Part shown: piece by piece, positions 13,320-29,613 of the stretch
Layout of the letters: each line of letters starts with the position of its first letter
Position numbering within the stretch: position 1 is the first letter of the stretch
Source: Eledone cirrhosa
Lineage: Eukaryota
Assembly (NCBI GenBank): GCA_964016885.1
Contig: OZ024743.1
Span: 57,412,001-57,476,000 of the forward strand
Length of the DNA: 64,000 bases
Direction: 5' to 3'
Notes under the pieces: generated by a model
Database searches by the model: none
What the model was told of the DNA's origin: nothing
Seen by the model: only the letters and a program-made list of their open reading frames with translations
Made by a program: the position numbers and the translations under genes

Positions 13320-13570
13320 TGGATGTATAGATGTATGATCCCGTAACCCTGGATGGAGTCGTAGTGGGTAGCATATTGACATACGACGTTCCTTGGGCAT
13401 TTAAAAACCTGGTGGATCTCATCTCTCCAGCAGATTTCTTCCTGAGAAGGATATGGTGCGAAAGAAAGGATGAAAGGCATAATTGGGCTGGGCAGTATTT
13501 GTGCTCAGAGCACAGTGAGCTGGAAAGTATACTGCAATTCATTCTAACGACTCCATATATATCATATATG

Positions 13571-13772
13571 TAGATCTCGAGTTACATCGGGAGTAACCAC
13601 AGTAAATAAGGTACTCAATACATTAGTAGAGTATAAACAACTTTATTTAATATAGGAATGGCTTCTACTTGACTAGGACTGTTTCATTCGCATGAAGTCA
13701 GCAGGAATGCCTGATGATTTTATATGAATGAAACAGTTCTAGTCCTGTAGAAGTCATTTCTATATTAAATAA
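13571..13772. mobile_element. Fold-back hammerhead mini-element
   Basis: Tail plus imperfect palindrome centred on cagg-aatg-cctg; the plus arm has CTGATGA...GAAA-CAG...CTG-TA. Confidence 0.75.
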
Positions 13773-13786
13773 GGATATATATATAT

Positions 13787-13970
13787 AAGTAAGTTATTCC
13801 GGGTTGAGTCGGAGGTAACCACAGTAAGTAAGGTACTCAATACATAGCAGAGTATAAAAGTTGTAATATAGAAGAGATTCTACAGGACTAGAACTGTTTC
13901 ATTCTTGAGAAATCATCAGGAATCCTGATGATTTCTCAAGAATGAAACAGTTTTAGTCCTATAGAATCTC
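13787..13970. mobile_element. Fold-back hammerhead mini-element (best-preserved copy)
   Basis: ~47-bp near-perfect inverted arms centred at ~13922 plus ~85-bp tail, in (TA)n. Confidence 0.8.
13876..13924 (-). ncRNA. Type I hammerhead ribozyme
   Basis: GATTC-CTGATGA-T-TTC-TCAA-GAA-T-GAAA-CAG-TTCTAGTC-CTG-TA-GAATC: 5-bp stem I, 3-bp stem II with U.U closure, stem III CAG/CTG, GUA site. Confidence 0.75.
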
Positions 13971-13993
13971 ATTGATATATATATATACATATG

Positions 13994-14048
<55 letters not shown>

Positions 14049-14292
14049 GTCACTGGAAGAATGTATATGCATGATGTATGTATAAATGTATAATGTATAT
14101 ATAACGGTGTCTTTATGAATATATATACATTGATTATTCAAACTCACAACAGCAAGGATGTATACAGATGTTGGCAAGACGCCAAACATTTTTCGTTTCC
14201 TGTATATATTTTTTTATCGTGAATGGTTGATCTTTAATCCGCATCCATGCATCAAAATATAAAACATGCCCAAACATGTACAGCAGTCATTG

Positions 14293-17200
14293 ACATACAT
14301 ACACACTAGCTCACCGACACATACGCACTAGCTCACCGACACATACACACTGGCTCACCGACACATACACACTAGCTCACCGACACATACACACTGGCTC
14401 ACCATTACATACACACTAGCTCACCGACACATACACACTGGCTCACCGACACATACACACTAGCTCACCAACACATACATATTAGCTCACCGACACATAC
14501 ACAGTGGCTCACCGACACATACACACTGGCTCACCGACACAAACACACTGGCTCACCGACACATACACACTGGCTCACCGACACATACACAGTGGCTCAC
14601 CGACACATACACACTGGCTCACCGACACATACACACTAGCTAACCAACACATACACACTAGCTCACCGACACATACACACTGGCTCACCGACAACATACA
14701 CAGTAGCTCACCGACACATACACACTGGCTCAACGACACATACACACTAGCTCACCGACACATACACACTGGCTCACCGACACATACACACTAGCTCACC
14801 GACACATACACACTGGCTCACCGATGACATACACACTAGCTCACCGACACATACACACTGGCTCACCGACACATACACACTGGCTCACCGACACATACAC
14901 ACTGGCTCACCGACACATACACACTGGCTAACCAACACATACACACTAGCTCACCGACAACATACACAGTGGCTCAATGACACATACACACTGGCTCACC
15001 GACACATACACACTGGCTCACCGACACATACACACTGGCTCACCGACACATACATACTGGCTCACCCACACATACACACTGGCTCACCGACACATACACA
15101 CTGGCTAACCAACACATACACACTAGCTCGCCGACACATACACACTGGCTCACCGACACATACACACTGGCTCACCGATGACATACACACTAGCTCACCG
15201 ACACATACACACTGGCTCACCGACACATACACACTGGCTCACCGACACATACACACTGGCTCACCGACAACATACACAGTAGCTCACCGACACATACACA
15301 CTGGCTCACCAACACATACACACTGGCTCACCAACACATACACACTGGCTCACCAACACATACACACTGGCTCACCCACACATACACACTGGCTCACCAA
15401 CACATACACACTGGCTCACCGACACATACACAGTAGCTCACCGACACATACACACTAGCTCACCCACACATACACACTGGCTCACCAACACATACACACT
15501 GGCTCACCAACACATACACACTGGCTCACCAACACATACACACTGGCTCACCAACACATACACACTAGCTCACCGACACATACACACTGGCTCACCGACA
15601 ACATACACAGTAGCTCACCGACACATACACACTGGCTCACCGACACATACACACTGGCTCACCAACACATACACACTAGCACACCAACACATACACACTG
15701 GCTCACCAACACATACACACTAGCTCACCGACACATACACACTGGCTCACCGACACATACACACTGGCTCACCAACACATACACACTGGCTCACCGACAC
15801 ATACACACTGGCTCACCAACACATACACACTAGCTCACCAACACATACACACTGGCTCACCGACACATACACACTGGCTCACCAACACATACACACTAGC
15901 TCACCAACACATACACACTGGCTCACCAACACATACACACTAGCTCACCGACACATACACACTGGCTCACCGACAACATACACAGTGGCTCAATGACACA
16001 TACACACTGGCTCACCGACACATACACACTGGCTCACCGACACATACACACTGGCTCACCGACACATACATACTGGCTCACCCACACATACACACTGGCT
16101 CACCCACACATACATACTGGCTCACCCACACATACACACTGGCTCACCCACACATACACACTGGCTCACCGACACATACACACTAGCTCACCAACACATA
16201 CGCACTAGCTCACCGACACATACACAGTGGCTCACCGACACACACACTGGCTCACCGACACATACACACTGGCTCACTGACTCATACACACTGGCTCACC
16301 GACACATACACACTGGCTAACCAACACATACACACTAGCTCACCGACACATACACACTGGCTCACCGACAACATACACAGTAGCTCACCGACACATACAC
16401 ACTGGCTCACCGACACATACACACTGGCTCACCGACACATACACACTGGCTCACCGACACATACACACTGGCTCACCGACACATACACAGTGGCTCACCC
16501 ACACATACACACTGGCTCAACGACAGATACACACTAGCTCACCGACACATACACACTGGCTCACCAACACATACACACTAGCTCACCGACACATACACAC
16601 TGGCTCACCAACACATACACACTAGCTCACCAACACATACACACTGGCTCACCGACACATACACACTGGCTCACCAACACATACACACTAGCTCACCAAC
16701 ACATACACACTGGCTCACCAACACATACACACTAGCTCACCGACACATACACACTGGCTCACCGACACATACACACTGGCTCACCGACACATACATACTG
16801 GCTCACCGACACATACACACTGGCTCACCGACACATACACACTAGCTCACCGACACATACACACTGGCTCACCGACACATACACACTGGCTCACCGACAC
16901 ATACACACTGGCTCACCGACACATACACACTGGCTCACCGACACATACACAGTGGCTCACCCACACATACACACTGGCTCAACGACAGATACACACTAGC
17001 TCACCGACACATACACACTGGCTCACCGACACATACACACTGGCTCACCGACACATACATACTGGCTCACCCACACATACACACTGGCTCACCCACACAT
17101 ACACACTGGCTCACCGACACATACACACTAGCTCACCAACACATACACACTAGCTCACCAACACATACACAGTGGCTCACCGACACATACACACTGGCTC

Positions 17201-18650
17201 ACCGACACATACACACTGGCTCACCGACACATACACACTGGCTCACCGACACATACACATTGGCTAACCAACACATACACACTAGCTCACCGACACATAC
17301 ACACTGGCTCACCGACAACATACACAGTAGCTCACCGACACATACACACTAGCTCACCAACACATACACACTGGCTCAACGACATATACACACTAGCTCA
17401 CCGACACATACACACTGGCTCACCGACACATACACACTGGCTCACCGACACATACACACTGGCTCAACGACACATACACACTAGCTCACCAACACATACA
17501 CACTGGCTCAACGACACATACACACTAGCTCACCGACACATACACACTGGCTCACCGACACATACACACTGGCTTAGCGATGACATACACACTGGCTCAC
17601 CGACACATACACACTGGCTAACCAACACATACACACTAGCTCACCGACACATACACACTGGCTTAGCGATGACATACACACTGGCTCACCGACACATACA
17701 CACTGGCTAACCAACACATACACACTAGCTCACCGACACATACACACTGGCTCACCGACAACATACACAGTAGCTCACCGACACATACACACTAGCTCAC
17801 CAACACATACACACTGGCTCACCGACACATACACACTGGCTCATCGACACATACACACTGGCTCACCGACACATACACACTGGCTCACCAACACATACAC
17901 ACTGGCTCACCAACACATACACACTAGCTCACCGACACATACACACTGGCTCACCGACACATACACACTGGCTCACCGACACATACACACCGGCTCACCG
18001 ACACATACACACTGGCTCACCGACACATACACACTGGCTCACCAACACATACGCACTGGCTCACCGACACATACACACTGGCTCACCGACACATACGCAC
18101 CGGCTCACCGACACATACACACTGGCTCACCGACACATAATCACTGGCTCACCAACACATACACACTGGCTCACCGACACATACACACTGGCTCACCGAC
18201 ACATACACACTAGCTCACCCACACATACACACTGGCTCACCGACACATACACACTGGCTCACCGACACATACACACTGGCTCACCCACACATACACACTG
18301 GCTCACCAATACATACACACTAGCTCACCGACACATACACACTGGCTCACCCACACATACACACTAGCTCACCGACACATACACACTAGCTAACCGACAC
18401 ATACACACTGGCTCACCGACACATACACACTAGCTCACCGACACATACACACTGGCTCACCGACACATACACACTGGCTCACCCACACATACATACTGGC
18501 TCACACACAAATACATTGGCTCACCGACACATACACAGTGGCTCACCGACACATACACACTGGTTCACCGACACATACACACTGGCTCACCAACACATAC
18601 ACACTGGCTCACCGACACATACACACTGGCTCACACACACAAATACATTG
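14293..18650. repeat. 22-bp satellite (ACACATACACACTGGCTCACCG)n
   Basis: Directly visible 22-bp period, roughly 195 units by length; decays into CA-rich sequence to ~19350. Confidence 0.97.
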
Positions 18651-19561
18651 GCTCACCATCACATACACAGGCACACAGACTCACACAGACACACACACAC
18701 ACTGGCTCACGGACACAACCACATTGGCTACCCGACACATACACACACACACACACATACGCAAGCACACAGTTACGTGGACTCACGCATGCATGTACAC
18801 ACATATACATACCGGCTGACGGACACACCCACACTGGCTACCCGACACATACATAGGCACACACATAGAGTCATGGAGACATACATACACTCACATACGT
18901 AAGCACACACACTCACGCAGGAACACATGCAAATACACACAGATAACATTTACACACACAGCGACATATATTCACACGGACTCTCCCTCGCACGCACCCA
19001 TATGCACGCAAACACTGATGCTTCCCCCATACACACACATATACACACGGCATGCACACACACTCAAGCACATACACAAGTCCCTCCCCACAGTTACATA
19101 CACACACTCAAGCACATACTCAAGCCTCCCCCTCTCAATTCCCACACAGACACATATGCACAAAAACACACACACACTCAAGCACATACACCATACACAA
19201 GGCTCTCCAACCTCCACACAGACACATATTCACACTCAAACAGATACACGCGCTCAAGCACATACACAAGCCCTTAACCCCCGCACAGACACATATACAT
19301 ACTCAAACACACTTAAGCACAATGACCTACACTGTGACCACATACATGTAAATGTGCCAGTTTCTAAGACAATCTAAACGTCAGAACGCCCTCCCCTTCC
19401 CACGACCACACCCTAAAGATTTGTGGAGATGAATATATAAATATTATCCCTAATATATAAATATACATAATTGAAGTAATTATTGCTAATTTCGTTACAG
19501 AACCCCACCTCACTCCCATCTAGCCCTTTCATAATATAATTCTATGTCAGTTCGTAGTCTC

Positions 19562-19848
19562 ATTCCAACAACAACAACAACAACCATAACAACAACAAGA
19601 AAAACGACGATGATGACGATACCAACCACAACAACAACGAACTCATCAACAACAACAATAAAAGTGATCACGGCAACAAAAAACAACAACAACATCAATA
19701 CTCACGACTACCACTACCATCACCACAACAACAACGACACCATCATGACCACCACCACCACCACCACCACCACCACCACCACAGCAACAATACCACCATC
19801 ACCACAACAGTAACAACAACACAATACCACACACACACACACACACAC
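19562..19848. repeat. (AAC)/(CAC)/(CA) low-complexity tract
   Basis: Visible tri- and dinucleotide runs. Confidence 0.9.
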
Positions 19849-20368
19849 CTTTGTGAGTCCCTTTTTTTTAAGTAAAAAGAAATTCAAACACACACACACA
19901 CACGCAAGCACACAAATAAACATACATATCTTTACTTTCTTTATTCAATAGAAAATCTGAATTCTGACACCCCAGCGAACTAACCATATTCACTGAACCA
20001 GAACAATTCTCCCATCCCATTTCTCTTGACCATTATCTTTTGCTTGTCATAAAATTCTCTAAATAGGCTACAGAATAGATTTCCACATATAGGCGCGAAA
20101 ATTTAATGAAAACTTGTTCACGTAACAGCCATAATTTCATTTATAACCAATCAAATTACGTTTATTAAAAAAAAGCTTACGTGGGCCCCCTTTTTTTAGG
20201 TAAAAAGAAATTCAAACACACACACACAACACACACACACAAGCACACAGATAAACATACATATCTTTACTTTCTTTATTCAATAGAATTTATAACCAAT
20301 CAAATTACGTTTATTATAAAAAAGCCTTCGTGAGCCACCTTTTTTTAAGTAAAAAGAAATTCAAACAC
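19848..20368. repeat. Local triplicated ~100-150 bp block
   Basis: ttttttta(a/g)gtaaaaagaaattcaaacac recurs at ~19862, ~20191 and ~20341; ttataaccaatcaaattacgtttatt recurs at ~20141 and ~20290. Confidence 0.8.
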
Positions 20369-20577
20369 TCATATATGAAAAAACAACCTGTGACCCCCCC
20401 CCCCCTCGTTTGAAGAACTTTGTAACCTGAACTGGCGCGTAATTTATTATAATTATTGACCAACCAATCAAATTACTTCTTGAAAAACCTGGCATTTCGA
20501 GCCACTTTTTCCATATAAAACAAGTAACATTCAGAGACAACCAGATGTGAGAAAAACCACAACCCTCCATCTCAACT

Positions 20578-20748
20578 CTACTTTTGAAAAGCAGAAGAAC
20601 TGCGAAACCGGTAAAGGAACCAAATAAATATATATATTTTTTTAAAAATAAGACTCCAGTTGCATTTTCGATTTCATCTTTTTTTCTTTATACTTTCACT
20701 CGTGTAGGACACCTCGGTTATTTTGTAAAAAAAACCCTCACTTTCTAA
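20578..20748 (+). mobile_element. PLE-type 3' end with a mutated minimal hammerhead
   Basis: ctt-TTGAAAA-GCAG-AAGAA-CTGC-GAAA-CCGG-TA-aag: two core substitutions relative to CTGAAGA, perfect stem II, palindromic stem III; ends in TA repeats. Confidence 0.55.
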
Positions 20749-20761
20749 TATATATATATAA

Positions 20762-21110
<349 letters not shown>

Positions 21111-21318
21111 TCAAAAAGTAAACGGAAGAGACAAAGCAAACAACACAGTACAATGAAAAATATATTAGTTTAACGCTTGATATAGTAGGAAATGAGTCTT
21201 TACGTTTTGGACACTAGTCCTTCATCATTGTAGAATAGGAAATAAAGAAGAATTGAAAAGATCGAAAGTGAGAAGAGGTAGGGAGAGATTTTTTGAAGAA
21301 GAAAGTACAGCTTATATA

Positions 21319-21369
<51 letters not shown>

Positions 21370-21469
21370 TATTATACTTGGGGAGGGTCATATTTGTGTA
21401 ATATTGCCAGAATTGATAACAGAACACACTCACTGTTTATATATATATATATATATATAAACACACTCA

Positions 21470-21626
<157 letters not shown>

Positions 21627-23201
21627 TATAGACATATATATATACATATATATATCCTTCTCCACTTCCATCTCATGCAAGCATGCACATTAGACGTACA
21701 TGTGCTGACACAATAGCACAACGCGCACACACACATCCAAGTCATCTATACATCCTTGTGTTTTGTGTGTATATGTGTGTGTGTTTGTGTTAGCATGTGT
21801 GTACATGTATACACACACACACACACACACACTCACACAGACACATCTATATATTGTCGAGCGAAACAAGAATTTTCTTGTCAGGATAAATTGTCAAATG
21901 CATACATACATACATATATATATAAATATATATGTAGAAGTTATATTTAATTTGTTGAAATATGTATAATGAAATAAATATGGTTTTATAAATATAGTTT
22001 CCATTTGTTAATATATTGTATATAAATATATATGTATGTATATATAAGTATACACATACACAAGTATAAAGATACACATGCACACAAACATTTACAGATA
22101 ATTGTAAATTGCTTAATATCTATAAAATGCTCCAACAGCAGAATAATGAGATCATACTTTCACTATTGATATATAAATGACATACATGTTCTCATCTGTT
22201 TTGTCTTGTACAAAACTGTCATTGTAGATGTATTACAAGGGATTAATGTACTGTATATAACTAATATAACACGCATGTTGGAGGAGGATATACCACATTG
22301 AGTGGGGGATATATAATATAACCTGCATTTGTACTGATAATGGTTTCTGATTTAGGCACAAGGCCAATAATTTTGGGGGAGAGGGCATCGATTAAATCAC
22401 CCCTAGTGCGTTACTGGAACTTTATTTTATCGACTACGTAAGTGTGAAAGGCAAAGCTAACCTCGACGGAGTTGGTGATAATGGTTTATGATTTAGACAC
22501 AAGTCCAACAATTGGACCCCAGTCGCTTTCGACGAAGAGTGTTTCAATTATTTAATTATTCAAACAGCGTAACTACTCGTGAAATTAACGTAGTGGTTCA
22601 GCTAATTAAAAGTACATCTAATTTTTGCCGACTGAAGAGACTGGAGCAATGTGAAATAAATTGTCTTGCTTAAGGGCATAATATGGCACCGGGAATTGAA
22701 CTCACGTCTTTACGATCATGAGCCGAACACTCTAACTGATAAACTCCGTGCCTTCAGAATAAGAATATAACATAATTCTAGTGCTGTTCGGAAAGAAAGC
22801 AGGTGTTTGAGAATAATATCATCACATATTACAGCCTTCCATAGGGATAATTATTGACACGGAAGCAAAACGCTGCAAAAATTACTTTTCTTTCATTCGT
22901 CAGCACACTCCTGCACAGACATACTCACATATATACATATCTTTCTATATACCGACTAGTGCAACTGTTACTGAGAGAAATAGATATACAATATAATATA
23001 TATGTGTGTGAGTGAGTGTTTTGATGAAGGCGCATGGCTTAGTAGTTAGGAATTCGACTCACAATTATAAGGTTAAGAGTTTGAATCTACTCAGCTGGCA
23101 ATAATGAGTTGTATGACATTCAAAATGGCCAACCTTGTGACGCATTGTGTCATGCTAAATCTCCCTGAGAACTATGTTAAAGGTGTCCCAACACACACAG
23201 G

Positions 23202-23313
<112 letters not shown>

Positions 23314-23376
23314 TGTATATATATATATATGTAAGCTATATATATATGTAAGCTATATATATATACATAGTTCTCA

Positions 23377-24652
<1,276 letters not shown>

Positions 24653-24789
24653 TATATATATATATCACCACATTTTAAAACAAATAATTTTCTTATACAA
24701 CAATACCAGAATCGACAGTTTTCCAAGAGATGGTGACTTGAATAGACCTATTTCTTTCTCAAAGAAATTTTCTTTCGTTTCTGCGACTG

Positions 24790-25070
24790 CCCAATCTTCC
24801 CCACCTTCCTTTAACAAAAGAGCACAAGAGGTTTTTCTCTGTCCAGTTGCAATAGCAAAAGAGATAGACTGATGGACAAAATTGAGAAGATTGAGGTCTG
24901 ACACGTTCCTCTTCGTTCAAGCTCTCATAGGTGCTTTCATGTTATACTTGAAAAGAAAGTTGAGAGTGGAGACAGTTGTACTCTCTTCTAATGAATTTAA
25001 TAAAAATGGGTGACTAGGGCGAAAATGCCAAGACTATAGGATTCTACTCTCAGCATCTACCTACAGCTCG
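24790..25070 (+). pseudogene. Old remnant of Tx1-like ORF2 C-terminus
   Basis: SSPPSFNKRAQEVFLCPVAIAKEID*WTKLRRLRSDTFLFVQALIGAFMLYLKRKLRVE aligns by eye with IKPPASFKNEREAVFLCTVAMVKEVICWTRLRGLRTDAFLSGQQL in ORF 50125-50811. Confidence 0.75.
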
Positions 25071-25177
25071 AAGAGAGCACTTGCGTATAATAAAAGGGTA
25101 ACCGTGAACTTGTGGGATTTCCCGATCGTCTTTCTTTAGAGGCGCCTCTGTTTCAGGAGGACGAGATGTCATATATA

Positions 25178-26530
25178 AATCTTAGTTTTAGTCTTAGTTC
25201 CTCCAGTCCCTTCTGGAACATTGGGCAACGAGCTTCCTCCACTTGATCCTGTCACTGGCGGCTCTTCTAGCACCTCTCCAGGTAATTCCCCTCTCCCGCA
25301 GGTCCTCCCTGAATGTGCTCCGCCATGTTTTTCGTGGTCTTACCCGTTCTCTCCTGCCACCTTCTGGTACCCAATCCATGGCAATATGAGCAGGTCGATC
25401 TGCCGGCAAACGAAGGATGTGGCCCGCGAACCGCCGTCTCCTTTTCCGACAATGTCCCTTAACCTCTCCAATCCTGACCTCCTCATCACTTCCACGTTGC
25501 TAGCTTGGTCACTCCATGAAATTTTCAATATGGTCCGAATGCAACAATGGTGGAATACATCAAGCTTGTTACATACACTTTCCGTACTCTTCCATGTCTC
25601 ACAGGCATATATCGCTGTTGGTACTACAATGGACATGTAAACAAGGAATTTGACGGCGTTGCCGATGGAACACCTGGACCATACCGCGGACGGAGTCGCT
25701 GGAAGACCGCCGCTGCTTTTCCCAGCCTTGTGCGCACATCCACCTCAGCATCCCCATCGTCAGAAATGTTGCTGCCAAGGTATTGGAAGTGGTTTACACA
25801 TTCAATGTTACGCTGACCAACCATGGTGGGAGGATTTGGAGGGTCACCTGTCGACATGGTCTTAGTTTTTTCACAAATGATGCGCAGGCCAACTTTCTCT
25901 GCATTGTCATTTAGAACGTTTGTCATCTCTTGCAGGTTTTCTCGGGAATGGCCTATCAATGCGATCTCGGCAAAGTCCAGGTCGCTTAATCTCCTTCCAT
26001 CCCAACTGATGCCAAAACGAGGGTCACTCATTGTCTTCTTCATGATGAAATCAATGACAATGAGGAAAAGGAAAGGCGAAAAGATGCAGCCTTGTCGAAC
26101 ACCCGTCAAGATGTCAAACATTTCCGTGTTTCCGTCCTTTGTCCTAACGGAGCACCTGGAATATCGGTACAGCGACCTGAAGATGCTAATATATTTCTCT
26201 GGAACACCGTAGAGTCTTACAATCTTCCACAATGACTCCCGATGAACACTGTCGAAAGCTTTCCTGAAGTCAATGTAGTTGACAATAAGGGACTTGTGGA
26301 ACTCCCGACATTGTTCAATGATATTTCGGAGAGTGAAGATCTGCTCTGAACAAGACCTTCCACTGCGGAAGCCAGCCTGTTCGTCTCGAAGATGACGATC
26401 TACTTCTGCTCTCAGTCGGTTCAGGATGACTGTGCAGAATACCTTCCCTGGCACTGATAGCAACGGGATCCCTCTCCAGTTGTTGCAGTCGCTGAGACAG
26501 CCCTTCTTCGGTAGTGGTACAATCACTCCA
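25178..26530 (-). mobile_element. 5'-truncated RTE-clade LINE (RT and C-terminus, frameshifted)
   Basis: ORF 25624-26559: CNNWRGIPLLSVPGKVF, EQAGFRSGRSC, IDFRKAFDSVHR, GVRQGC, FQYLGS; continues in frames 25340-25636 and 25194-25409 (RPRKTW...DRIKWR); short ACTAAG-like tail. Confidence 0.92.
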
Positions 26531-26567
26531 TATATATATATACACACATATATATACATACATATAT

Positions 26568-26883
26568 ATTGTTTCTGAAGACAGCATATATATGTGTAGG
26601 TATGTATATTCCCTCTGATAGTTTGTAAAAATTTTACATAGATCTATAGGATATGCATACCAACACTAACGTATATATCCTAGAAACGATCTTAAAATGA
26701 TGAATTTTTTAATATAAGGAACTGTTTCTTTGTTTATTCATTATTTTATTAATTTATCTTGACTCTGTTTTCCGTTAATTTTCACCGAAAAATTTTTTGG
26801 AATACATCTCTTTTCATGATATTCGGATTACATTGAGTTCTTCATACGGATTGGACACTACCATACGTTTTGGTAGATTTATC

Positions 26884-26886
<3 letters not shown>
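26568..26886 (+). mobile_element. PLE 3' end beginning at a hammerhead (stem III mutated)
   Basis: attgttt-CTGAAGA-[~100-nt stem II]-GAAA-CGATCT-TA-aaatgat at 26568-26701; near-identical in reverse complement to 43331-43522; in TA-rich repeats. Confidence 0.7.
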
Positions 26887-26931
<45 letters not shown>

Positions 26932-26940
26932 AATATATAT

Positions 26941-27381
<441 letters not shown>

Positions 27382-27382
27382 C

Positions 27383-27562
<180 letters not shown>

Positions 27563-27602
27563 GATATTAAATAAATGGAAACTATATTTATAAAACCATA
27601 TT

Positions 27603-27668
27603 TATTTCGTTATATATATTTCAGGGATATCATATTAACAATATGTTATGCCTTCTTCAGACAAAATA
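27603..27668 (-). ncRNA. Type I hammerhead ribozyme
   Basis: Reverse complement of 31174-31239. Confidence 0.8.
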
Positions 27669-27979
27669 CAATATAAACAGTCTTATAAATAAATAGATAC
27701 GACATACCTTTCAATCACCTTGCATTTGGGAGGTTGATTTGGCAGTAAAAAATATTGTGGACAGTTGTAAAAAGAAAGAGATAAAGAGAGAAAGAAAGAG
27801 AAACGAAGAAAAAGAAAAAGAAGAAATGCATGTGACTAAATAGAGAGATATAGAAAGATAGATAAAGAGAAGAACTTCATGTAAAGAAACAGAGAGAAAT
27901 ATATATAGAGAGAGGAAAAAAGAAAGAGATAGATAGAGATAGATAGAGAAACTAGGAAGTTGAGTATCGGTTGATACAT

Positions 27980-28010
<31 letters not shown>

Positions 28011-28947
28011 GCTCTAGTATTAATGTAAAGAGAGATGTATGTAGTTAAGAGAGAAAATAGCCGTTATATAGAGAGAAAAAAGAGAAAATGAAAAAGAGAA
28101 AATGAAACATAACCAGACATAAACGAGGCAGAATTTAAAAACGCTATGTTTTATCCCGTAGAAAATATTAGTTCGTATAAAACAGGCATTATAATGTAAA
28201 TACCAGTATTCATGAATGAGACATGTATCTATAATGTGTGAAAAGTAATGATCTTATGTCTAGTTTTTAAAAATTCATATGTTTATATCATAATTATAAA
28301 CAAACTCCCAATTCACACGAAAACATTCTCATTGTGCTATCAAAATTCAAGTATACATATATGTGTGTATATATACACATATATATAGAGTCTATATTAA
28401 TTTTAACAATACTATTCTTGTCTTTATTCTACATGATTGTCGATCAAGCAGAAATAGAGAACAGATTTCAATATATTAATAAAAATAAAAATAAAAATAT
28501 CAGAGACAAGAAAATAAATAAATAAATAAACAGAAAACTAAAACATTTAATATTAAAAATAAAAAATATTATAAAATATTAAAAAATATTAAAAAATAAT
28601 ACAAATAAAACACAGAGATCAGCCTTTCAAAGTTAATTGACAATATATTGCCAAGATCATCATAAGCATCAGAGTCGAAACAGATAAAACAAAAATTGTT
28701 TACCAAATCCTGTCTAGCAGAAATCATTCCAAAAGTTTAGGATACCCATTTGGTCTACATATGTTCTTATATTTAATATAGAAGTTTATCTAGTTTAAAA
28801 TTTAATTCGATATATTTGGAGCATCAGCTTTTAGGGTAGTTTAATTATTCATGAAGAATGTTTTAATAAAAAGAATGTTTTAATAAGAAGAAATCGAAAG
28901 ATTTATCGGCTAGTTTCATAAATAATTACAAATCAAATCAAACATAA

Positions 28948-29613
28948 CTACATTTTAAATTTAAATTTATATTTAAACGTTGAGTTCAATCTATGTCTGC
29001 AGCAACTGAATAAATTTGTCCGTAGATTAAGGGAATTTTTAGATTTTAGTATAAAGAATATCTCCTCCGCACAGAGGTCACATGTCTCAGAGGATGAATT
29101 AAAAGGAATCCCCCTTGAAACTATATTCCAAGTCGTCGAATATCTAACGTTATCATGCCTAAGTTGCCAGAGTACGCCTGATAGTGCTGTTGAAGATTTT
29201 TTGGATGGATCTGTGAAAGAATTCTTGTGGTTGTTATAGCGAAGTTTAAATTCCGTCGATGTAGAACCAACGTAGTTAAAAGAATTAACGTCCGTTTTAA
29301 CATTACAGTTGTATATTATATTTTTAACTAAGCAGTTGTTATTTAACGGACATTTAGATGTATCTCTACAGTTACATTTGTTAACCTGGATATTATTTAT
29401 GCTATTATTGCTAGGTTTTAAGTTCCTGTTATTTATTCTATTAATATTTTGCGCTAAATTTTTGGTGGATGAGTAGGTTTGTTTTATAGTATGTCTATTG
29501 AAAATTGAGTGATACCTATGTGTTCTAGGGAAGCGATTATCGAGAGCTTTAAAAAATAGTTTAGCAATGTGGGTTTTAATGTTTAGTGAGAAAGGGGGGG
29601 GGGGGCAAACCAT
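28948..29613 (-). CDS. PLE linker and GIY-YIG endonuclease
   Basis: CNCRDTSKCPLNNNCLVKNIIYNCNV...YVGSTSTEFKLRYNNHKNSF...CDLCAEE...LNLR...CRH; separated from the RT by a frameshift in a G homopolymer at ~29594-29605. Confidence 0.85.
   Translation of the reverse strand: MVCPPPPFSLNIKTHIAKLFFKALDNRFPRTHRYHSIFNRHTIKQTYSSTKNLAQNINRINNRNLKPSNNSINNIQVNKCNCRDTSKCPLNNNCLVKNIIYNCNVKTDVNSFNYVGSTSTEFKLRYNNHKNSFTDPSKKSSTALSGVLWQLRHDNVRYSTTWNIVSRGIPFNSSSETCDLCAEEIFFILKSKNSLNLRTNLFSCCRHRLNSTFKYKFKFKM

Noticed and set aside
14293-18650. CRISPR-like array or His/Thr-rich protein
   Set aside because: Contiguous 22-bp units without unique spacers, no cas genes, eukaryotic context; the ORFs are repeat translations.
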